In this document: positions 9,192 to 19,104 of the stretch, in pieces
Layout: every line of letters begins with the position of its first letter
Numbering within the stretch: the stretch's first letter is position 1
Source of the DNA: Bdellovibrionota bacterium
Lineage (GTDB): Bacteria > Bdellovibrionota_C > UBA2361 > CALJRW01
Reading direction: 5' to 3'
Assembly: GCA_041740355.1 (NCBI GenBank)
Contig: JBGSMD010000005.1
Location: 1-64,000 of the forward strand
DNA length: 64,000 nt
Made by a program: the position numbers and the translations under genes
The notes under the pieces: model-generated
Database searches by the model: none
What the model was told of the DNA's origin: nothing
What the model saw: only the letters and a program-made list of their open reading frames with translations

Positions 9192-10622
9192 ATGTCCGCT
9201 TTAACGCAATTTAAAATTACTCCTGAAGTTCAGCCGCTTAAATTTGATTTTGGTTCAGTAGTAAATCTTTATGATCAAGTCCGAGAGCTATATCCACATT
9301 CATTTTTGTTGGAAGCAACTGATTACCTACCAGATCAAAACTGTTTTAGTTATATCGGTTTAAACCCAATTGCAACTTTTAAGGTAGATGGCGAAAGCTG
9401 TTTGATACAAGATCCTGCGGGTCAAATTGCTATTCACACGTTTTCGGATAAGTCAGAATTAGTTAATCGTTTTATCGCATTTCAAAAGATTTTTAATTAT
9501 CAGGATAATAGTGGCCTAGGAATTGCAAATGGATTCTTCGGATATTTAGCTTATGATGCAGTTCAATATTTCGATTCCTTGCGTTTTAAAACTTCTAAAA
9601 CAGCTACCATTCCGGAAGCTTATTACCATCTTTATGAATTTATCATTGCGGTAAATCATTATCGACAAGAAGCCTATATCTTAAAAAACAAGATTGCTGG
9701 TCAAGTATTTAGTAGGTTAGAAATTTCTGATTTAATTCAATTAATTTCAAAGCAAGCACAACAGAAAAATAATTACTTTAAGACTAATGGTGAAGTCAGG
9801 TCGAATCTGACAGACGAAGAACATCAAAATATAATCTTAAACTGCCAGAAGCATATTCAACGAGGTGATATTTTTCAAGTTGTACCATCACGAAGTTTCT
9901 CGCAAGACTATCTAGGTGACGATTATTTGGTCTATCGCTCGCTGCGTCAAATTAATCCTTCTCCCTATTTGTTTTACTTTGACTTTGGAGTATTTCGAAT
10001 TTTTGGATCTTCCCCTGAGGCAGATTTAATAGTGAAAGACGGACAAGCATTAATTAATCCGATAGCAGGAACATGCCCTAATTTTGAAAATTTAGAAGAA
10101 CGGGAAAATGCCATTATCAAGCTTGTAAATGATCCAAAAGAAAATTCTGAGCATGTCATGTTAGTAGATTTAGCTAGAAATGATTTAAATAAAAATTGTG
10201 ACCAAGTTAAGGTTGATAAGTATAAGGAAGTGCAGGTTTTCTCTCATGTAATTCACTTAGTTTCTGAAGTTAGTGGTACCCTAAAACCTGAGGTCAATAC
10301 CTTTCAGTTATTAGCAGACACTTTTCCGCCAGGGACTTTAACTGGAGCTCCTAAATTTAGAGCAATGCAAATTATTGACGAGCAGGAACCTGATGCCAGA
10401 GAGTTTTATGGTGGAGCTATCGGGTACTTGGGCTTTAATGGTGATTGTGTCCACGCCATTATGATTAGATCTTTTTTAAGTCGAAATTTTACTTTGACCC
10501 GTAGGGCTGGGGGAGGTGTAGTTAGTGAATCAAACGTTGCAGCAGAAATGGAAGAAGTTCGTAATAAACTTGGAGCCTTAGCTAAGGCAATTAAGTTAGC
10601 AGGAGGTGATAGTGTTTATTAA
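9192..10622 (+). CDS. trpE: Anthranilate synthase component I
   Basis: GDIFQVV, NPSPY, GSSPE, PIAGT, EHVMLVDLARND, GAPK; heads the trp cluster. Confidence 0.95.
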   Translation: MSALTQFKITPEVQPLKFDFGSVVNLYDQVRELYPHSFLLEATDYLPDQNCFSYIGLNPIATFKVDGESCLIQDPAGQIAIHTFSDKSELVNRFIAFQKIFNYQDNSGLGIANGFFGYLAYDAVQYFDSLRFKTSKTATIPEAYYHLYEFIIAVNHYRQEAYILKNKIAGQVFSRLEISDLIQLISKQAQQKNNYFKTNGEVRSNLTDEEHQNIILNCQKHIQRGDIFQVVPSRSFSQDYLGDDYLVYRSLRQINPSPYLFYFDFGVFRIFGSSPEADLIVKDGQALINPIAGTCPNFENLEERENAIIKLVNDPKENSEHVMLVDLARNDLNKNCDQVKVDKYKEVQVFSHVIHLVSEVSGTLKPEVNTFQLLADTFPPGTLTGAPKFRAMQIIDEQEPDAREFYGGAIGYLGFNGDCVHAIMIRSFLSRNFTLTRRAGGGVVSESNVAAEMEEVRNKLGALAKAIKLAGGDSVY

Positions 10623-10648
10623 AGCGAGTCTCCATACTAAAGTCTGTA

Positions 10649-10753
10649 TGAAACAATATTTTTTTGCTTATCGCGGTGTGAAATTGGATATCTACAATAT
10701 CCACACTCGCCGTAAACTGCCATAATTTAATTAATATTTTTGAAGTTTACCTT
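10649..10753 (+). repeat. Palindromic repeat family E, copy 1
   Basis: GCGGTGTGAAATTGGATATCTACAATATCCACACTCGCCGTAAA homologous to 37109-37212. Confidence 0.75.
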
Positions 10754-11326
10754 ATGAAAATCCTAATTATCGATAATTATGATTCCTTTACCTATAATTT
10801 AGTTCAATTAGTTAGGGAAAATTCTAATCATGAAATCAGAGTCATTCGTAACGATGCTTTTGAGATAAATCAGATTGCAGAGTTTGATAAAATTATCTTA
10901 TCACCAGGCCCTGGATTACCACTTGAGGCCGGACTAATGCCGGAAGTTGTCAGTGCTTACGCTTCAACTAAACCGATCTTAGGAGTTTGTTTAGGTCATC
11001 AATGTATCGGAGAGATTTTTGGAGCTAAACTAAAAAACTTAACTAAGGTTGTTCATGGTAAAGGTGTGGAAACAAAGATTCTAAATCCTGATAGCTATCT
11101 TTTTAAAAATTTGCCCAGCACTATTGTGACAGGTCGATATCATTCCTGGGTTGTAGATCAAATTGATTTTCCCGATTGTTTGGAAGTAACTGCGGTTGAT
11201 GCCGAGAATGTTATTATGGCATTAAGACACAAAGTTTATGATGTTCAAGGTGTGCAATTTCATCCAGAGTCCGTCTTAACTCCGGATGGAAAAACAATTA
11301 TTAAAAATTGGTTGGAACATGCATAG
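10754..11326 (+). CDS. trpG: Anthranilate synthase component II (glutamine amidotransferase)
   Basis: IDNYDSFTYN, SPGPG, GVCLGHQ, RYHS, QFHPES. Confidence 0.95.
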   Translation: MKILIIDNYDSFTYNLVQLVRENSNHEIRVIRNDAFEINQIAEFDKIILSPGPGLPLEAGLMPEVVSAYASTKPILGVCLGHQCIGEIFGAKLKNLTKVVHGKGVETKILNPDSYLFKNLPSTIVTGRYHSWVVDQIDFPDCLEVTAVDAENVIMALRHKVYDVQGVQFHPESVLTPDGKTIIKNWLEHA

Positions 11327-12311
11327 TAAACTACTAAATCAAGAAGTATTAACTGAAGAGGAAGCCTTGGATTTAATGCGCTTAATTGCCAGTGGAGAAC
11401 TTCCAGAGTCTGAGCTAGCAGCAATTCTAACTGCTTATCGATTACGAGCGATATCAGTGCCAGAATTATTGGGATTTCGTACTGGAATTTTAGAACTTGC
11501 TGTAAGGCCAGAAATTACAACTAAGGATTTAATTGATGTTTGCGGAACGGGGGGTGATGGCAAAGATACCTTTAATATTTCCACACTTACGGCATTGGTT
11601 TTGGCTTCTTTAGACGTTCCGGTTGCAAAACATGGTAATAATGCTTTCTCCTCTAAATGTGGCTCTTCCAATGTTCTAGAAGCGCTTGGTATTCGGTTAA
11701 CTTCAGATTCAAAAATATTAGAAAAATGTTTAGCAAAAACTAACATTTGTTTTTTACACGCACCATTGTTTCATCCGTCACTAAAAAATGTTGCCGCAGT
11801 TCGCAAACAGTTAGGGTTTAGGACTATCTTTAATTTACTTGGACCATTGGTCAATCCTTTAGAGACAAAGTATCAACTTACAGGTGTAGCCAATATTGCA
11901 ACTTTAAATTTATATCAACAAGCTCTTGCGGAAATTAATAATGACTATGCCATAGTTCATAGCTATGACGGTTACGATGAAATTTCCCTAACAGGAAAGT
12001 TTATTGTGATTAGTAAAAATTTTACGATGGAAGTATTTCCGGAAGAACTTGGAGTTAAAAGTGTTACTGCAGATTCCTTGGTTGGGGGACAAAGTATTGC
12101 TGATTCTACTGGGATTTTTAAAGAGATAATTAGAGGCAATGCTACACTTTCGCAGAAATCTGCTATTTCTGCTAATGTGGCAACAGCTCTGAAGCTAAAG
12201 AATACTGGCATCCGTTGGGAAGATGCTTACCAGCAAGCAACAGGGATCTTAAATTCTAATAAATTGGAATACCTAGTTAATGATTTAGTGAAGATTACCA
12301 ATGGCAATTAA
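11319..12311 (+). CDS. trpD: Anthranilate phosphoribosyltransferase
   Basis: DVCGTGGDG..TFNIST, KHGN, RTIFNLLGPL, DGYDE; start taken at ATG 11319 overlapping the trpG end. Confidence 0.95.
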   Translation: MHSKLLNQEVLTEEEALDLMRLIASGELPESELAAILTAYRLRAISVPELLGFRTGILELAVRPEITTKDLIDVCGTGGDGKDTFNISTLTALVLASLDVPVAKHGNNAFSSKCGSSNVLEALGIRLTSDSKILEKCLAKTNICFLHAPLFHPSLKNVAAVRKQLGFRTIFNLLGPLVNPLETKYQLTGVANIATLNLYQQALAEINNDYAIVHSYDGYDEISLTGKFIVISKNFTMEVFPEELGVKSVTADSLVGGQSIADSTGIFKEIIRGNATLSQKSAISANVATALKLKNTGIRWEDAYQQATGILNSNKLEYLVNDLVKITNGN

Positions 12312-13107
12312 TACCAAGTTAGCAGATATAATTCGTACAAAATTAAAAGTAATCGAGTCTTGTAAGCTCAATTGGCGTTTGGCTGAAATTGAAGGATCTG
12401 ATTTGTATGCTCGTCCAACAATTTCACTGCAAAAAGGTATTACTGATGGGATGCCATTTATCATAGCTGAATTTAAACGTGAGAGCCCTGCTAAAGGTCC
12501 CTTAAAAGTTGAGGCAAGTGTAACGGAAATTGTTAGTGCTTATGAAACTGCAGGTGCTAAAGCAATCTCTGTTTTAACCGAGGAAGATTTTTTCAAAGGA
12601 AGTCCCTTAGATTTGCTTGCCGCACGCAAAGCAACGAAATTACCATTACTTCGCAAAGATTTCATTTTAGACCAATATCAAATTTCCGAAAGTAAGGCAT
12701 TAGGAGCGGATTTGATATTACTGATTGCTGCCATTCTAAAACCAGATCAACTAAATGCTTATTCACGTTTTGCTCAGAGTTTAGGCTTGGAAGTACTTCT
12801 TGAGATTCACGAACCTGATGAGTTAGATGAAATTGATTTAACGACAATCAATTTTTTAGGGGTTAATAATCGTAACCTGGAAACTTTTCACACTGATTTT
12901 CAACATTCGATCAAGATTATTAATCAATTACCAACAGGACTTGTTAGGATTTCCGAATCGGGGATTAGTGAGCCGGAGATTGTTTCGCAGCTTTTTCAAC
13001 AATCCTATCAAGGTTTTCTAATTGGCGAACATTTTATGAGGCATAGTTCGCCTGGAAAAGCCTTGCAGGAGCTAAGAACTAAGGTTCTCGGATTAATTCA
13101 GAACTAA
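12301..13107 (+). CDS. trpC: Indole-3-glycerol phosphate synthase
   Basis: IAEFKRESP, SVLTEEDFFKG, LRKDFI, GVNNRNL, SESGI. Confidence 0.95.
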   Translation: MAINTKLADIIRTKLKVIESCKLNWRLAEIEGSDLYARPTISLQKGITDGMPFIIAEFKRESPAKGPLKVEASVTEIVSAYETAGAKAISVLTEEDFFKGSPLDLLAARKATKLPLLRKDFILDQYQISESKALGADLILLIAAILKPDQLNAYSRFAQSLGLEVLLEIHEPDELDEIDLTTINFLGVNNRNLETFHTDFQHSIKIINQLPTGLVRISESGISEPEIVSQLFQQSYQGFLIGEHFMRHSSPGKALQELRTKVLGLIQN

Positions 13108-13245
13108 TTGTTATAGGAGACATTGAAAATTAGCGTAATAAAAACTAGTTGTCTAATATTTCAAGTCCAAATTGCTTGATGCGCCCCAAGGAGTCACTCA
13201 CAGGTTTTAACCTTAAAAATAATCTTAAATGCTGGCAAAAAGAAA

Positions 13246-13305
13246 TATACTAAAATCCAAAAGCTGGGATTTGAAACTTAGATAATACTTAATTGTTTTA
13301 GTATA
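13246..13305. repeat. Small inverted-repeat element (TATACTAAAA...TTTTAGTATA), possible relative at 58895-58968
   Basis: 10-bp terminal IR; right arm resembles that of 58895-58968. Confidence 0.35.
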
Positions 13306-13489
13306 GAACTGTAATGAATTCTTAATTCCGAACTCAAAGATTTATAATCCTTGTCCTACATTCCAAAACTGTTAGTCCGCATAGGGAATAGACTCTGAGG
13401 CAAATTGCTGAAAAATGGATTTTTAGCTATAAACTATAAGGTTAGCTTTTATCCCTAAATTCTAACTTAATTTCTAGCTAGTTATTCCC

Positions 13490-16400
13490 ATGTCCGCTGA
13501 TCATCATATTTTTCACGACCCCAGTGGTCGTCGCCATAAGATTGTTAAGTTTATCTTATTTATCATACTGATAGCATTTATCGCTAGTGCTTGGTATGCC
13601 CATCATCTTTTTCACCGAATTCCTGAATTGCCTATAATCGGTCAGTTACAGGAAACTGACTATCAGTTAGAGACTGAAAAAATAAAAAAAATTAGTTCGG
13701 TCTTATTAAAAAAAGAGCGAACAGAATTAGCTAATGACATTAATAAAACAGAACTTTTAGCTAAAACATTCAAAAATAATTCAGGCAATCATCAGGTTTG
13801 GTCAATTTATGAACCTGGTAACGAAAGTGCTTTTTTCTCATTTCGTAAAAATTTTGAAGCTGTAAATCACTTAATATTACCAGTATTTAATTTAGGACCT
13901 GATGCGTCAACTTTCGAAAGTCCACCAATTAATGCAATTGCCAAAGGACAAGAAAAGGAAACCTTAGACTTAGCTAAGAGCAAAGGTCTAAAAATATATG
14001 GGCGATTAACAAATGATTCGATAGAAGGCTATCTTTCTACTCCTGTAATTCAATTGATTGCTGCTCCTGAAAAACAAATACAAATTATTGAACAACTAAT
14101 TTCTACAATTAAAAAACAAAAATTAGCGGGTCTGATAGTTGATTTTCGCGAGTTAGATAAGGAACATTATTTTCAGTTACAGCCGTTTTTTACAGAATTA
14201 AGAAAAGCTTGGACCGCAGCAGAACTAACTGGCCATTTAGGGATAAGTTACCAGGCAACAGTTGATCAATTACCTCTTTGGAAATTTGGCCAAACCTTTG
14301 ATGTTGTTTTAATGCAAGCTTTTGGCGAAAGATCTCCCCAAGCAACTTCAGGTCCAGTTGCTTCGGCCTCTTGGTTTAACGATTCTTTGCAGTTTGCCTT
14401 GAATAATATTCCAGCAAATAAACTCGTCGTGATGTTTGATAATTCCGCCTTTGATTGGAATTCTACAACTCCCAAAGCTAGGGCGCGTACCTATCTTTCT
14501 GTAATTTCCCAAGCAAAAGAAATTAGTGAAAGCAATAAACCGTATTCAAACCATTCGATTTCACTTGATCCAAAATCCTTTAATATTAACTACGGATACT
14601 TAGATGAGCAGGGTGGGGAGCATCAAGTGTGGTTTAGTGATGCGATTAATTCTTTTAATCAATATTCTATAGCTCACCGTGCTGGAATAAAACAAGTTGG
14701 TATTTGGTCATTAGGTACGGAAGATCCTGGTGTTTGGTCTTTCGTCACGAAAAATCCAGAATATTCTGAAACCAGATCCGGGCTTAAATCAATAGTATTC
14801 CCTTATGATATTCAATTTGAAGGTCGGGGAGATCTATTGAGTCCTCAGGCAGAGCCCCAAACAGGAGAACGAAGCATTGAGTATGATTCGGAAACACAGA
14901 TGATTGTGGGCAGTTCTTATCTTAAATATCCATCAGCAGTTGTTGTTGAACATCGTGGATATCGACCTAAGACTTTAGCTTTAACATTTGATGATGCCCC
15001 AAGTGATTTCACAAACGAATTGCTTGATGTCTTAGCCAAAGAAAATGTTAAGGCAACTTTTTTTGTGATTGGTGAGCAAGTACAAGAACATCCTGAGGTT
15101 TTAAGAAGAATATATAAAGAAGGACATGACCTTGGAAATCATACTTTTACTCACCCTGAGTTAGCACTAGTTTCTGAGCAAAGGGAAATTTTAGAGCTTA
15201 ATAGTACTCAACGTCTAGTTCAAAGTGTATTAGGGAAATCTCTAGTATTATTTCGTCCGCCTTACATTAGCGAAGGCTCTCCATTTTCATTAGATGAAGT
15301 GCGAGTTATTAAGACAGCTTCTAAGTTAAATTATATAACTGTTGGTGTTTCAGCAGATATTCAAGATTGGGACTTATATAAAACTGATCTAGATGGAAAT
15401 GAGGTACTACGAACTGGTCAAAATTTAGCTGATGATTTACTAGCAAAATTAAATAGTATTCAAGGTAACGTAATCTTACTTCATGATGGCTTAGATGATC
15501 GAGAAGCTACAATTGAAGCTGTTCGGATTTTAATTCCAGAACTTCGAGCACGGGGCTATGATTTGGTAAGTATCTCGGAATTATTAGGAGTCGAACGTAG
15601 TGTACTACTGCCAACTGTAAGTAAAAGTGAGTTGATTTTAGGAGGACTTAGTCGAGCATATATTGAAGTTTTATATTTTGTTAGAACATCATTGGAAGTA
15701 ATTTTTATTTTAGTCGCAGTTTTTGGAGTTCTTCGGTTAGCAAGTTTTATTATTTTATCTAAATTGTCTTTACGTCGCGAGAAGCCATACATTGCCGATA
15801 ATGAGACATTTAAAGAACCCGTTTCTATTATTATCGCTGCATATAATGAAGAAAAGGTGATTGTTCGAACAATTAAAAGTCTATTAGCTTCAAATTATCC
15901 AGAATTTGAGATTATTGTTGTTGATGATGGTTCCAAGGACAGAACAAGTGAACTAGTAAATCAAGAATTTTTTAATGAACCAAAAGTTAAGTTAATCACT
16001 AAGGAAAATGGTGGCAAATCCAGTGCACTTAATGTCGGTTTAAATCTGGCAAAGTATGAGATCATGATTGGACTCGATGCGGATACACAGTATTCTGCCG
16101 ATGCTATCGGAGCAATGGCACGTCATTTTGCCGATCCGGAAGTTGGAGCTGTAGCTGGAAATGTAAAAGTAGGAAACAGAGATAGTTGGTTACTACAATG
16201 TCAGTCAATTGAGTACATAACAAATCAAAACTTTGGTCGACGAGCATTCTCCTATGCTGATGCCATAACTATTGTTCCCGGAGCAGCCGGTGCTTGGAGA
16301 AAAAGCGCTGTAATGGAAGTGGGAATGTATCTTTCTGATACTCTTGGAGAGGATATGGAGCTAACTTGGCGTATTCGTAAAGCCGGTTACCGAATTGTAT

Positions 16401-16960
16401 TTGAACCTTTGGCTTACGGTTATACTGAAGCACCACACACTCTAGGTGGGGTTTTCAAACAGCGATTTCGCTGGATTTATGGTCAATTACAGATCTTAGT
16501 TAAACACCGAGATGTTTTCTTTAATTCTGATCACAAATGGTTCGGTTGGTTTGGAGCGCCCTTAATATTAGTTGATGATATATTCTTGTTTTTATCGCCA
16601 CTCGCAGATCTACAAGCCTTAATTGCACTCAGTACATTTATATTTTTCCTAACAAATAGCTCGGAGATGAGTATGGAGGCATTAACAGCAGCTGGTCCTT
16701 GGGCACTCTTCTTAAAAACAATGGTAGTTTATTTGATTTTTTTTGCTTCGGAAGTACTTTGCACAATCTATGCCTTTAGAATAGATAAAGAACCACTTCG
16801 TCCGATTTGGTTATTATTTTTAAAGCAATTCTTTTATCGTCAATTGATGTACATCGTCGCTTACAAGGCAATCTGGAGAGCAATGACGGGCTGGAGACAA
16901 CGCTGGGGAGTCTTACAAAGAACTGGGACTGTCGGCTCAGATTCTACCACTAATTCCTAA
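13490..16960 (+). CDS. Trimodular GH18-like / polysaccharide deacetylase (CE4) / GT2 processive glycosyltransferase
   Basis: N-terminal TM; GH18-like region (WSLGTED); NodB motifs TFDD, HTFTH, FRPPY, LLHD; GT2 motifs AYNEE, DDGS, GGKS, DAD, GED, QRFRW; C-terminal TMs. Confidence 0.88.
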   Translation: MSADHHIFHDPSGRRHKIVKFILFIILIAFIASAWYAHHLFHRIPELPIIGQLQETDYQLETEKIKKISSVLLKKERTELANDINKTELLAKTFKNNSGNHQVWSIYEPGNESAFFSFRKNFEAVNHLILPVFNLGPDASTFESPPINAIAKGQEKETLDLAKSKGLKIYGRLTNDSIEGYLSTPVIQLIAAPEKQIQIIEQLISTIKKQKLAGLIVDFRELDKEHYFQLQPFFTELRKAWTAAELTGHLGISYQATVDQLPLWKFGQTFDVVLMQAFGERSPQATSGPVASASWFNDSLQFALNNIPANKLVVMFDNSAFDWNSTTPKARARTYLSVISQAKEISESNKPYSNHSISLDPKSFNINYGYLDEQGGEHQVWFSDAINSFNQYSIAHRAGIKQVGIWSLGTEDPGVWSFVTKNPEYSETRSGLKSIVFPYDIQFEGRGDLLSPQAEPQTGERSIEYDSETQMIVGSSYLKYPSAVVVEHRGYRPKTLALTFDDAPSDFTNELLDVLAKENVKATFFVIGEQVQEHPEVLRRIYKEGHDLGNHTFTHPELALVSEQREILELNSTQRLVQSVLGKSLVLFRPPYISEGSPFSLDEVRVIKTASKLNYITVGVSADIQDWDLYKTDLDGNEVLRTGQNLADDLLAKLNSIQGNVILLHDGLDDREATIEAVRILIPELRARGYDLVSISELLGVERSVLLPTVSKSELILGGLSRAYIEVLYFVRTSLEVIFILVAVFGVLRLASFIILSKLSLRREKPYIADNETFKEPVSIIIAAYNEEKVIVRTIKSLLASNYPEFEIIVVDDGSKDRTSELVNQEFFNEPKVKLITKENGGKSSALNVGLNLAKYEIMIGLDADTQYSADAIGAMARHFADPEVGAVAGNVKVGNRDSWLLQCQSIEYITNQNFGRRAFSYADAITIVPGAAGAWRKSAVMEVGMYLSDTLGEDMELTWRIRKAGYRIVFEPLAYGYTEAPHTLGGVFKQRFRWIYGQLQILVKHRDVFFNSDHKWFGWFGAPLILVDDIFLFLSPLADLQALIALSTFIFFLTNSSEMSMEALTAAGPWALFLKTMVVYLIFFASEVLCTIYAFRIDKEPLRPIWLLFLKQFFYRQLMYIVAYKAIWRAMTGWRQRWGVLQRTGTVGSDSTTNS

Positions 16961-17041
16961 CATTTTTAAGATAAATATCTTTTTTAGGCCTCTTGGTAAA
17001 TTAATAGATTTTCTTTGCGTCTACAGTTTCTAATATAGAGA

Positions 17042-17168
17042 ACCCAAAAAAGGATTTCCGTTAAGGAAATTTTTTTTTGAGGGTCGGGCTTTAGCGTTTA
17101 AATATTGATTTTGAAGAAATCAATATTTATCGGCTTTTCAAATCCTGGTTAAACCAGGTTTGAATGCC
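17042..17168. repeat. Three consecutive hairpins; the first resembles a family A hairpin
   Basis: ACCCAAAAAAGGATTTCC..GGAAATTTTTTTTTGAGGGT; TAAATATTGATTT..AAATCAATATTTA; TTCAAATCCTGGTT-AAACCAGGTTTGAA. Confidence 0.6.
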
Positions 17169-17266
17169 TAAAAACAACAACTATAGTAAACTCAACATGA
17201 ATTCCGAAAAAGTTTTTCGGAAATTCATTCTTGGGTTTACTATATTTACAATGGCAATTTTTTTTA

Positions 17267-18907
17267 ATGAAAAAACTATTCTTATCCTCGACCAATGTCT
17301 TATACCTAATTTTAGGTATCATGTTACTTTTGCGTGCTTCAACACTTGAAATTACGGAACTGATTGACCCAACGGAGACTCGATATGCAACGATTGCAGT
17401 TAATATGCTTAAGAGTAACGATTTTGTAATTCCTCGGCTATATGATGGGGATAATTTAGATACTTACTTTAGCAAACCGCCATTACATTTTTGGTTGACA
17501 AGCATTGCCTTCAAGTTATTTGGAATTGACGAGTGGACTGCGAGATTACCTAGTTTTTTATCACTGTTAGTTATTACTGTTTGTTTGATCTTATTAGGGA
17601 AGAAACTTTGGGATGAAAGAACTGGAATAGTTGCAGCAATTATTTGTATAAGTTTTCCTTTAGTATTTTTTATGTCAGGTGGAAGTCATGTTGATCTGAC
17701 ATTTTCTGCTTGTATCACAATAGCCTTAACGGCATTTATGCTGCGAGTCTTTAGACCATCGACAAATATCCAGAACGAAATTTACTCAGCACTTTTTTTT
17801 ATTGCGGCAGCGCTAAGTTTTTTAACCAAGGGGCCAGTCGGCTTAGTTTTAATCCTTTTGCCGATTGGGATTTGGATCTTGGTTACAAAATCATTCCATG
17901 TTTTTAAATTACCTTCTTGGAAAATTGGTGGTTTATTATTTTTAATAATAACAGTTCCTTGGTTTTATTATGCAGAAAAGGCCAGCCCTGGTTTTTTAAG
18001 ATATTATTTTATTAATGAAAATTATTTGCGGTATGTTACTCATGATTATGGTGGGCGTCACGGCGGTAACCATACTCGTGTTTATGGTTATATTTGGGTT
18101 CTGTTGCTTTTGGGTACGCTGCCATGGTCATTTTTGGCGGTCCAAATATTCATAAAGCACCGTAGTGCTTTATTACTAAGAAAAATTACTGATTATAAAT
18201 TTGTTATGTTTTGTATTATTTGGGGTATTTCTCCAGCAATATTTTTTACTATTTCCAGCTCAATTTTACCCGCCTATCTTCTACCAGGAATGCCGGCACT
18301 AGCCATGTGTTTGGCACTTGTAATTAAAAAAATAGATCAGAAGGATACAAATTTTAATAATAAATTATCGATCCTAGAAATTCTGACTTCTGCTCTGATC
18401 ATATCATTACCGATCGTTGGTTTAATAATGAAGATTGATAACTATCTTTTAATTGCTGAAATAATGACGGTTATTCTTTTATTTGGATTATTTGTTTTAT
18501 TTAAGGTTAGTAGATTTAAAGACACCTATGTAAGGTTGGCATTGATTTTAACGCTTTTTTTTACTTCTGTAATTTTACTTGTTACTGATCATCTTGGTGA
18601 TAACAAATCTTCTGATGGAATCTTGAATCATATTTCTAATGTAACCAAAAGTCAGACACCTCGAGTGGCAATCGTTGGTACAGCTAATCAATCTCCAATT
18701 TGGACAAGTTTAGCTTGGAAAAATGAGCTAAGTAAAAAGATAGTTGTGAGGCCAATGTCGGCTAACTCAATACTTGATTCTGACATCCAAAATATGATCA
18801 ATAGAACAAAAAGTATCGGTGAGTTGCCCTTAGAGCTAACAGCTGAATTTGAATTACGAAAAACTATCGGTGGCTGGACTTGGTATGTTAGGAAAAAAAC
18901 TGAGTAG
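17267..18907 (+). CDS. ArnT/PMT-family (GT-C) glycosyltransferase
   Basis: DPTETRYA, YFSKPPL, RLPS, LTKGPVG, multiple TM helices; ATG 17267 preferred. Confidence 0.88.
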   Translation: MKKLFLSSTNVLYLILGIMLLLRASTLEITELIDPTETRYATIAVNMLKSNDFVIPRLYDGDNLDTYFSKPPLHFWLTSIAFKLFGIDEWTARLPSFLSLLVITVCLILLGKKLWDERTGIVAAIICISFPLVFFMSGGSHVDLTFSACITIALTAFMLRVFRPSTNIQNEIYSALFFIAAALSFLTKGPVGLVLILLPIGIWILVTKSFHVFKLPSWKIGGLLFLIITVPWFYYAEKASPGFLRYYFINENYLRYVTHDYGGRHGGNHTRVYGYIWVLLLLGTLPWSFLAVQIFIKHRSALLLRKITDYKFVMFCIIWGISPAIFFTISSSILPAYLLPGMPALAMCLALVIKKIDQKDTNFNNKLSILEILTSALIISLPIVGLIMKIDNYLLIAEIMTVILLFGLFVLFKVSRFKDTYVRLALILTLFFTSVILLVTDHLGDNKSSDGILNHISNVTKSQTPRVAIVGTANQSPIWTSLAWKNELSKKIVVRPMSANSILDSDIQNMINRTKSIGELPLELTAEFELRKTIGGWTWYVRKKTE

Positions 18908-18985
18908 AAACAATCTGGAAAAATAAAGAATCTCGCTCACACATTCGCTTCCTCTTACGCTAAAACATCAGAGGACTAGGCAGCT

Positions 18986-19045
18986 TCCACCTTCGCTAAA
19001 GCTTCCACCTTCGCTAAAGCTACGGCGGACAAGTCGGCGGACAAG
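18986..19045 (+). repeat. 30-bp family B unit nested inside another B unit
   Basis: TCCACCTTCGCTAAAGCT[TCCACCTTCGCTAAAGCTACGGCGGACAAG]TCGGCGGACAAG; degenerate unit just upstream at about 18950-18978. Confidence 0.9.
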
Positions 19046-19104
19046 AGATAGATTTTTCCTAAGCCGATCTAATTAAAAATTGAACTGAATTTGCAGTCTT
19101 CCTC

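Noticed and set aside
13140-13185. Possible trpF remnant after trpC
   Set aside because: The short frame starting near 13123 (LKISVIK...) has only trivial resemblance to TrpF and stops after 18 codons
18950-19045. Short direct repeats as a mini CRISPR array
   Set aside because: No unique spacers and no cas genes; the pattern is explained by one unit nested in another
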